A stretch of DNA of 15,061 bases from Promethearchaeota archaeon (GTDB taxonomy: Archaea > Asgardarchaeota > Lokiarchaeia > Sigyniarchaeales > SOKP01), in contig JBHLMQ010000066.1 of NCBI GenBank assembly GCA_048938005.1, forward strand, positions 1-15,061. The letters are read 5' to 3'. How positions within the stretch are numbered: position 1 is the stretch's first letter; every line of letters begins with the position of its first letter. This document shows, piece by piece, positions 8,435 to 15,061 of the stretch. The notes beneath the pieces are model-generated. The model was given only the letters and a program-made list of their open reading frames with translations. It was not told where the DNA came from and did no database searches. The translations under genes were made by a program, and so were the position numbers.

Positions 8435-9191
8435 TTCTTTCTCTCTCCACTAATACTTGTTTAATATTGTAACATTCTTCTTGATAAGGACATATTTCAC
8501 ATCCCCAGTCATATTCGCAATCGATTCTTTTTCTCCATTCATCAATTTTAGCTTTTAATTCTTCTTGAAATTTATTGGTTATTTTTGACGAGATTTCGAT
8601 AAATTCATCTATAGAATCTGGATATGAGCAAATGATAAATATTTCCATTCTTTTTATTAGATTCTTAAATTTCTGTCTATAAAGGTATATTATAGCATTT
8701 GATAAAAATTCGAAAGATATATTCCTATTATATACATCTTTACTAATTCTACACCAAAACCTACGAGGGATAGTTCTTATTGAGAATCCTTCTATTCCGT
8801 TTGATAAGAGATTCAATGATTTCAAATCATAATATATTTTTTTGGACAAGTCCTTAACTCCAATCAAAACAAATAATCCAAAATTAACACTAGATTCTGA
8901 AATTTGATGAATTTCAGGACCTAATATTGTAATATTTCCATCTTCAATTAGGTTTGTCTCAGTAATAGGATATATTAACGAAAAAGAGCGTTTATTCATT
9001 CCACCAAGTTCTAGTTTAGTCTCTTCTTGAAGGATTATTTCTCGATTTTCATCTATTCCTACCTTAATTCCTGAATCCTTGAAAAATCTGATAGGATCAG
9101 AGTTGACTTTATAATTGGTTAATAATTTTCCATTTCTATTCTCTTTAACAACGAAATTCCTAATATTTTTAATTATATCTTCATTCATCAT
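8424..9191 (-). CDS. Acetyl-CoA synthase (AcsB/CdhC) middle-domain-like protein with a C-terminal 4-Cys motif
   Basis: ELGG..SFSL, IEDGNITILGPEI, FGLFVLI, IEGF and WCRISK resemble the ACS central domain. The protein ends with CEYDWGCEICPYQEEC and overlaps cooC by 11 nt. Confidence 0.7.
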   Translation of the reverse strand: MMNEDIIKNIRNFVVKENRNGKLLTNYKVNSDPIRFFKDSGIKVGIDENREIILQEETKLELGGMNKRSFSLIYPITETNLIEDGNITILGPEIHQISESSVNFGLFVLIGVKDLSKKIYYDLKSLNLLSNGIEGFSIRTIPRRFWCRISKDVYNRNISFEFLSNAIIYLYRQKFKNLIKRMEIFIICSYPDSIDEFIEISSKITNKFQEELKAKIDEWRKRIDCEYDWGCEICPYQEECYNIKQVLVERERIGK

Positions 9192-9247
9192 ATTTTACAG
9201 AAAAATCTAATAAGATAACAATGAATTTAATTACAAAATAATTAAAT

Positions 9248-9280
9248 ATTTATAATCTTAAGTAAAATTTACTTTTATAA
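9248..9280. promoter_or_regulatory. Candidate divergent promoter: two TATA-like boxes flanking a palindrome
   Basis: TTATAA at 9250-9255 and 9275-9280 flank AAGTAAA-A-TTTACTT (9260-9274) in the 117-bp gap between divergent genes. Confidence 0.4.
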
Positions 9281-9308
9281 TCAATTTAAATTAAGAAGGA
9301 ACTTTAAT

Positions 9309-9731
9309 ATGATTTCAATACAGGAACCTGAAGACATTATCTCAATAGCGATCCATAATATATTGTCACCTAGAATTAATGATAAAGAATTTTATGATCA
9401 TGTACATAATTGGAATAAGAAAGTTGTAATTGAAATAAAACCCTTTTATCCATTAACCATCATTTTGGAAGGTGATGAAATCCGATTCGAAGTTGGAGAA
9501 ACTAAAGATGCTGATATAAAACTAAAACTCGGGTTACAATCAATGTTGGATGTTGCTTACGGTAGAGAAGACCCAATTCTTGCAGTGCAAAAAGGAATAA
9601 TGGAGTTGCAAGGTTTAGGCGATGACAGCGAAAACTTGGTAAGATTTTATGATATTTTTTTAAATTCTATGCAGAAAGTTGCTAATCAGCCTAATATTAA
9701 CTATCATGAAATAAGTAAAAAAATAAGATAA
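9309..9731 (+). CDS. SCP2 (sterol carrier protein 2)-like lipid-binding domain protein
   Basis: 140 aa. The pattern FEVGETKDADIKLKL..LDVAYGREDPILAVQKGIMELQG matches the SCP2 signature D-P..A...G.+.+.G. Confidence 0.7.
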   Translation: MISIQEPEDIISIAIHNILSPRINDKEFYDHVHNWNKKVVIEIKPFYPLTIILEGDEIRFEVGETKDADIKLKLGLQSMLDVAYGREDPILAVQKGIMELQGLGDDSENLVRFYDIFLNSMQKVANQPNINYHEISKKIR

Positions 9732-9746
9732 AGGGGATAGATATAT

Positions 9747-11225
9747 TTGACACTCATAAAAGAAAGGAACATATTTGAAAAAATAAGTAAAAAAGGTGTT
9801 TATGAGAAACTAGTTGAGATTTTTGGAGAAGAAAACGTTACTGATAAAAAAGTTGATCTATATCCATATTCTTATGATATGACAGAATGTGAACCACATA
9901 TGCCTGATTTTGTGGTTATTCCAGAAAATAGGGATCAACTAATTGAATTAGTTAAGTTTTGTAACTTTAATCTAATCCCTATTGTACCGTATATAAGTGG
10001 TAATAATGTAGGAGGTCTAACTATTCCAGAACAAGGAGGAATTATAGTAGATTTTGGAAAAAAAATGAATAAAATTTTACATATTAATGAAAATATGATG
10101 TATGCTATACTTGAACCTGGTGTAACATTCGGCCAATTAAAAAAATACTTAGATGAGAATTATCCTAATTTGAGATATAGCTATCCTTATGCTCCTCCTT
10201 ATGCTGGGGTAGTTGGGAATGCAATACTTAGTGGAATGAATAGTCTCTCCTGTAAAATTGGATCAATGGGGGATTCTTTAAATGGCTTAGAAGTAATTAC
10301 CGCAGAAGGTGATGTTGTAAGAATAGGATCATGTTTCTATGGTAAAGAGGAATCAGATCCAGATTCGTGGTGGTCTCGTTATCCTATGCCAGACTTGTTA
10401 GGATTGTTTGTGAATTGGCAGGGAATGACAGGATTAGTAACCAAATGCGCGGTTCAATTATGGCCAAATGATCCTTTTCAAAAAGCTTATGTTGCAATTG
10501 TATTTGGATTAACTGATGTCGCAGATGTTCTTAGAGATGTGGGGAAATCTGAAGCTGTAGATGATATGTCAATTTTTAATATTCAAGCAGTCAAATTAAA
10601 TATAGGTATTGAAAATCCTAAAAAATTTCCCGAAGAACCTAATTTTGTAGTTATTATATCAATCTCTGCAAAAACAGAAGATCTTTTTGATGCTAAAAGG
10701 AGATATTTATTCGGAATTATTAATAATTTAAATGAAAAAGGAAAGAAAATGGTTATAGCTGATTTTGATGACTTCTCTAAGTTATTAAGTTTAAAAGTTC
10801 GAGTTGCTTACGATTTACCAGCAGTTCTTTTCGCAACAGTGCCAAAATCTGGGATTACTTGGTTTGGAAGTTATTGTCCAACAAATAAATTTGAAAAATT
10901 AATAGAAAAAATAGACGAGATTTTTCAAAAATATGATTATCATAGCCCTATCATCTATGGCAAGATTATGAAATACGCACATTATGGAATTTTTCGACCG
11001 ATAATTCCCTACGATAAATTCAAGGAAGAAGAAAAAGTACACCAAATGTTAGAAGAAATGACCGATTTTTGTTTGGATTTAGGGTGTATCCCTTATAAAA
11101 CTCCCACTTGGATGACTGCAAAAATGCGTGAGAAAATAAATCCAGGTTGGTTAAAATTATTCGAAAAAATAAAGAATTGTATGGATCCAAATAATATATT
11201 TAATCCAGGAAGGTGGAACACATAA
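9747..11225 (+). CDS. FAD-binding oxidoreductase, VAO/PCMH (GlcD-like) family
   Basis: Motifs YSYD, PDFVVIP, SGNNVGG..PEQGGIIVDF.KMNKIL, EPGVTFGQL, GLEVITAEG.VVRIGS, PDLLGLF..QGMTGLVTK and C-terminal DPNNIFNPG. TTG start preceded by a GGGG purine run. Confidence 0.9.
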   Translation: MTLIKERNIFEKISKKGVYEKLVEIFGEENVTDKKVDLYPYSYDMTECEPHMPDFVVIPENRDQLIELVKFCNFNLIPIVPYISGNNVGGLTIPEQGGIIVDFGKKMNKILHINENMMYAILEPGVTFGQLKKYLDENYPNLRYSYPYAPPYAGVVGNAILSGMNSLSCKIGSMGDSLNGLEVITAEGDVVRIGSCFYGKEESDPDSWWSRYPMPDLLGLFVNWQGMTGLVTKCAVQLWPNDPFQKAYVAIVFGLTDVADVLRDVGKSEAVDDMSIFNIQAVKLNIGIENPKKFPEEPNFVVIISISAKTEDLFDAKRRYLFGIINNLNEKGKKMVIADFDDFSKLLSLKVRVAYDLPAVLFATVPKSGITWFGSYCPTNKFEKLIEKIDEIFQKYDYHSPIIYGKIMKYAHYGIFRPIIPYDKFKEEEKVHQMLEEMTDFCLDLGCIPYKTPTWMTAKMREKINPGWLKLFEKIKNCMDPNNIFNPGRWNT

Positions 11226-12404
11226 ATGGTTGAAATTGATAAGAGTTTAATGGGAAAAGAATTCCTAGAAATGGCATTTGACAATTGTATTAAATGTAGT
11301 ACTTGTAAGTATGGTTATAAGAGTTTTGATAAAATTTGCCCTTCAGGTGAAAAATTCTTATTTGAATCATATTGGGCTTCAGGGAGGATAAGAACAATAA
11401 GAGGATTATTGCTCGGAGATTTGGAATGGAATGAAGATCTTAAAGATCCAATATTTGCATGTTCTACCTGTGGTGCTTGCATGGATTCTTGTCAAGCCCC
11501 CCATGCGGATTATATTGTTGATATGATTGAAGCGCTCAGGGAATTGGCAGTAAAAAATATTGGGCCAGCAAAAAATCAAGAATTTTTAGTCTCACGATGC
11601 GAAGAAAGTTGTAACCCCTACGGAGAACCTAATTCCGATAATCAAGAATTAAAAAAGAAATATGATTTACCAGATAAAGCAGAGTGGGTATACTATATAG
11701 GATGCACATCAAATTATCGTCAACAAAACCTCCGAGATTCAACAATAAGATTTCTTAAAAAAGTCGGTATTAATTTTACATTAATTGATGAACATTGCTG
11801 TACAAGTCCAATGATAAGAACTGGTCAAATTAATATTTGTAAAGATTATATGAATTACAATGTCGCACAAATAATGAAAACAGAGGCTAAAAGTGTAATA
11901 ACTTCATGCGCTGGGTGTTATAGAACACTTAAGAAAGATTTTAAGAGATTTGGAGAAGAATATGATTTTGAGGTATTCCATACAATAGAGTTAGTAAAAA
12001 GATTAATAGATGAAGGGAAATTAAAGTTCAAGTCAGAATACAATAAAACAGTTACTTATCATGATCCATGCCATCTGGGTCGACACATGGGAATTTATGA
12101 AATTCCAAGAGAAATTTACAGGAAAATTCCCGGTCTCAAATTAGTAGAAATGAGAAGAAATCGGAATTTTGCGTGGTGTTGTGGTGCGGGAGGGGGAATC
12201 AAAATTGGATATCCAGAATGGGCAATAGAAGTTTCAAAAGAAAGATTAGAGGAAGCTAAAGAAACTGGTGCAACTGTAATATCTTCAACTTGCCCATTTT
12301 GTAGAACAAATTTAAGTGATGCTAATGAAAACTATAATATCGAAATGGAAGTTCTTGATTTAATGGAGATTATCGATCAGTTAGATATCGAAGTTAAGGA
12401 TTAG
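11226..12404 (+). CDS. Fe-S oxidoreductase with 2x[4Fe-4S] and two CCG domains (GlcF/HdrD-like)
   Basis: Ferredoxin motifs CIKCSTC..CP and CSTCGACMDSC; CCG domains GC..CCTSP..SCAGC and YHDPCHLGR..CCGAGGG..CPFC. The ATG directly follows the upstream TAA. Confidence 0.92.
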   Translation: MVEIDKSLMGKEFLEMAFDNCIKCSTCKYGYKSFDKICPSGEKFLFESYWASGRIRTIRGLLLGDLEWNEDLKDPIFACSTCGACMDSCQAPHADYIVDMIEALRELAVKNIGPAKNQEFLVSRCEESCNPYGEPNSDNQELKKKYDLPDKAEWVYYIGCTSNYRQQNLRDSTIRFLKKVGINFTLIDEHCCTSPMIRTGQINICKDYMNYNVAQIMKTEAKSVITSCAGCYRTLKKDFKRFGEEYDFEVFHTIELVKRLIDEGKLKFKSEYNKTVTYHDPCHLGRHMGIYEIPREIYRKIPGLKLVEMRRNRNFAWCCGAGGGIKIGYPEWAIEVSKERLEEAKETGATVISSTCPFCRTNLSDANENYNIEMEVLDLMEIIDQLDIEVKD

Positions 12405-12441
12405 AGATTAATTCAAATAAAAAAGATATATAATTCATTCT

Positions 12442-13143
12442 TTAATTCGGATACAACTCAATTTTACGTCCTTTTCTTGTTAAACTTATTAAATTTTCTT
12501 CAGATAACTTATCAATATGATACTTAATAGTATTACGAGAAAGATTTAAGACTCGAGATATATCAGAAGAATTAATTCCAGGATTTTCTTGGATTATATT
12601 TAGAATTTCTGAAGTCGTTTTTGATTTTATGATTAGATTTTTGAAGTTATCTTTTGATTCAAATGAAGAAGTAATTGGAAAATAAATTGTATATTGCCCA
12701 TATTTTTCTTTCTTTATAATATGATATTTTAATAAAACATCTAAATGCCATTGCAATTGACCTTTCTGCAAATCGCAGCTTCGTAACAATTCATTATGAT
12801 GTATTCCTGGATTATTGAGAATTTGCTTTAATATATTTAAACGATTTTCATTTTCAAATATTTCTGTAACTGTAAGATAAGATCTCCCTTTTTTAATATG
12901 GGTTTTTCTTATAAAGTACCCTCTATATTCTTTTATTGATAACACTTCAAAAATAGAAAATAATAAAATTGATGCTATTAAAAGAGAAATAATGACTATC
13001 CCTACTGTAATTGCTTCGTTAATCCCAAAAAATAAATCATATAAGTTAATTAGCTGATATAGAGTAACTGATAATAAAATAAGAGAAAAAATGATTAGTG
13101 TGAATTTTACCAAAATAAGGCGATTATATTTTTTACCTTGCAT
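12442..13143 (-). CDS. Membrane-anchored transcriptional regulator with tandem winged helix-turn-helix domains
   Basis: Two N-terminal hydrophobic helices, then two similar wHTH units: ILKQILNNPGIHHNEL..LQWHLDVL and ILNIIQENPGINSSDI..IKYHIDKL. Confidence 0.88.
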   Translation of the reverse strand: MQGKKYNRLILVKFTLIIFSLILLSVTLYQLINLYDLFFGINEAITVGIVIISLLIASILLFSIFEVLSIKEYRGYFIRKTHIKKGRSYLTVTEIFENENRLNILKQILNNPGIHHNELLRSCDLQKGQLQWHLDVLLKYHIIKKEKYGQYTIYFPITSSFESKDNFKNLIIKSKTTSEILNIIQENPGINSSDISRVLNLSRNTIKYHIDKLSEENLISLTRKGRKIELYPN

Positions 13144-13176
13144 TTTAATAATAAACTTCTTTTCGACAATTGAAAA

Positions 13177-13770
13177 TTAGTCTTTTTCGATTTTATTTCT
13201 TTTTAATTTTAAGAATGGAAACATAAAAGATACATTATTGGCATAGGCTAAAAATTCATCTCCATATTTAGCTTTTAGGGCAAAATCTTCGATCTTTCCT
13301 AAAAATATGTAAGCTATAACCTCCGCCACCCAAATAAAAAATATAATAGTATAACCATTCATATCAAATAAATTAAAATTGAAAACTGGACTAGTTTGAA
13401 AAGATATTAAAGTCAGGCCAAATGTCATAATAATAAATGCTAAATATTGAGGATGTCTCATATATCTATATGGTCCGCTTTGAATCAATTGTTTTCTATG
13501 AGTTAATTGATATATAAGCGAGTAAATGTAAAAAATGAAACCAAATAATGTAAAATAAATTCCAGGATTTCTAAACATAAATCTAAGATCATAGAATAGA
13601 ATCCCAGGATTTTGAAAGAAGAAAGCTAAATAACTTATTAGTGGCACACTCATTATACCCATCCAAATAGCTGTGCAAGGTACATATTGGAAAATTGGAA
13701 TTAGGAAAGAAGAAATACTTGTAGAAATTGAAGCTATTTTATTTTTATTCTTATTTTTCTTAAGATTCAT
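13177..13770 (-). CDS. Isoprenylcysteine carboxyl methyltransferase / PEMT family membrane protein
   Basis: LIQSGPYRYMRHPQY and ED..LKAKYGDEF..Y..V..MFP motifs; several TM segments. Confidence 0.85.
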   Translation of the reverse strand: MNLKKNKNKNKIASISTSISSFLIPIFQYVPCTAIWMGIMSVPLISYLAFFFQNPGILFYDLRFMFRNPGIYFTLFGFIFYIYSLIYQLTHRKQLIQSGPYRYMRHPQYLAFIIMTFGLTLISFQTSPVFNFNLFDMNGYTIIFFIWVAEVIAYIFLGKIEDFALKAKYGDEFLAYANNVSFMFPFLKLKRNKIEKD

Positions 13771-13880
13771 TTATATTTACCTTTTAATTTTTTGTTTTAT
13801 TCGTAGAATAAGAGATATTTCTGCTTATAAAGCTTTAAGGTGCACTTTTCGAACAATTTCAAAAAAAAAAGAAATATTGC

Positions 13881-14396
13881 TTATTCTTTTCTTAACTTTT
13901 TCTTTAATAATATATATCCTATTATTTCTAAACCAGCACCTAAGAATAGCCCAATCATCCCAAATCCAGGACTTAAAAGGCCCCAAAAACTATGATTATG
14001 AGATAATATTGTTGATACTTCTTTCATGACCATCCAAGTTATTGTTAACATCACTGTTAATATAGGAAAGACTAACCAGATACTTTTAGGGGATATATTT
14101 CTCTTCTTATATCTAATAGTACTTATTAAAAGAAATATATTTAAACCAATAATTAAAAATGAAATTGTAAAGGAGATATAACCAGTAAAACTCGTATTTA
14201 ATCCAATCCTAGTTGTTGTAAGAATCCCATTTGTATAATCAAAAGCAATATAAAAATCTAACATCCAACGGTAAAACTCAGAGTAAAAGGACGATTCTTG
14301 ATAAGCAAAAGTAGCTGCTGGAGTTAAAAAAGAGATAAGTATTATAAGTCCACCAATAAACGGGAATATCCATATATATTTCTTAATTTCTACCAT
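13881..14396 (-). CDS. Hypothetical 4-TM membrane protein
   Basis: 171 aa with four hydrophobic segments and a basic C-terminal tail. It fits between its neighbours and has an upstream AGGTG SD-like motif. Confidence 0.75.
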   Translation of the reverse strand: MVEIKKYIWIFPFIGGLIILISFLTPAATFAYQESSFYSEFYRWMLDFYIAFDYTNGILTTTRIGLNTSFTGYISFTISFLIIGLNIFLLISTIRYKKRNISPKSIWLVFPILTVMLTITWMVMKEVSTILSHNHSFWGLLSPGFGMIGLFLGAGLEIIGYILLKKKLRKE

Positions 14397-14427
14397 ACTA
14401 TAATTTACACCTTATACTTTCGAACTT

Positions 14428-15061
14428 TTAATTAAGGATTTTATGTTTTAGAGTATAACTTTTCTTGATAATGAAGATCATAATTATAATTAGTAGTAAA
14501 GTGAAGTTCCCACTGATTATTAGAAAAGGAATTAGTGAGTCTCTGGTTATATGGTCAATGGTAACCTCAATATATGTAAAGGGTCCAAGTCCATTTTCAG
14601 AGGGGGGAGCTGGCGTTTTTGCACATATATAAGTGGTAATTAGGTAAAATTCATCAATTTCAGAACCAAATATATCCTGAGTAATTGATTTAGTCTCTTT
14701 ATTAGTTAAGTCTTGATATAGATGCCACCCTAAAGTATCATGAAAAATAATGGATATCCCTATTGTTTTATCTAGGTCTTTCTGGATCTCAATTGTAAAT
14801 TCATTAGAAGGAGATTGTATTTTATGAATATGAAAACCATAATAGTAAAGCTTTACTTTATCGTTAAGGAGAGGAACCTCAGCAATATTATATTTAGTAA
14901 CTCGAGCATCTATAGTTTCAAAACCATAAAGGTTGTTCCAAAATCCTACCTTATCTAATGTTAATGCTGTGATCCAATTCAAATATAATTGATTAAATGT
15001 AATATTATAGCCTTCTCTTTGTAACACATTTTCTATTCCATGAGCTCCATCTGCAGGTTCC
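14428..15061 (-). CDS. C-terminal part of a surface protein with a C-terminal TM anchor (possibly metallopeptidase-like), 5'-truncated by the window
   Basis: The frame stays open upstream of the GTG at 15027 to the window edge (EPADGAHGIENVLQREG...). It ends in a hydrophobic helix plus KK..K tail. No catalytic motif lies within the window. Confidence 0.7.
   Translation of the reverse strand, partial: EPADGAHGIENVLQREGYNITFNQLYLNWITALTLDKVGFWNNLYGFETIDARVTKYNIAEVPLLNDKVKLYYYGFHIHKIQSPSNEFTIEIQKDLDKTIGISIIFHDTLGWHLYQDLTNKETKSITQDIFGSEIDEFYLITTYICAKTPAPPSENGLGPFTYIEVTIDHITRDSLIPFLIISGNFTLLLIIIMIFIIKKSYTLKHKILN

Noticed and set aside
11223-11228. In-frame TAA-ATG junction suggesting a split fusion gene
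   Set aside because: The flavoprotein ends at its normal NPGRW terminus and the next gene starts with its own ATG. Tight coupling of two genes explains it.
11093-11284. 63-aa antisense ORF
   Set aside because: It overlaps two supported genes on the opposite strand.
13673-14029. 118-aa + strand ORF
   Set aside because: It overlaps two minus-strand genes and crosses a poly-A spacer; the hydrophobic runs are antisense artefacts of Lys/Asn-rich sequence.
1-15061. CRISPR array, tRNA/rRNA, transposase or integrase
   Set aside because: No regularly spaced repeats, GC-rich structured RNA segments or recombinase motifs were seen; intergenic gaps are short and AT-rich.

Overview
AT-rich, gene-dense prokaryotic window with 15 coding genes, two of them cut by the window edges. 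The gene repertoire suggests an anaerobic archaeon, plausibly Asgard/Lokiarchaeia-like; this is inference only, as no marker gene is present. Left block: family I CoA-transferase-fold alpha/beta pair, alpha/beta hydrolase, LarA-family nickel-pincer racemase/epimerase, and a convergent IlvD/Edd-family dehydratase. Middle block (minus strand): stand-alone acetyl-CoA synthase (AcsB/CdhC) middle-domain protein with a Cys-rich tail, a CooC-type ATPase, and an unusual multidomain CDF-like membrane protein. Divergent from it: SCP2-like protein, VAO/PCMH-family flavoprotein and CCG-domain Fe-S protein. Right block: membrane-anchored tandem wHTH regulator, ICMT/PEMT-family methyltransferase, a 4-TM protein and a C-terminally anchored surface protein. 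No rRNA, tRNA, CRISPR array or mobile element was recognised. The most notable points are a CoA-transferase pair that seems to lack the catalytic Glu (IpdAB/AibAB-like repurposing), the mini-ACS/CooC module, and the CDF domain with a His-free metal site between two apparent winged-helix domains. All family alignments were made by eye from remembered motifs and need computational confirmation.
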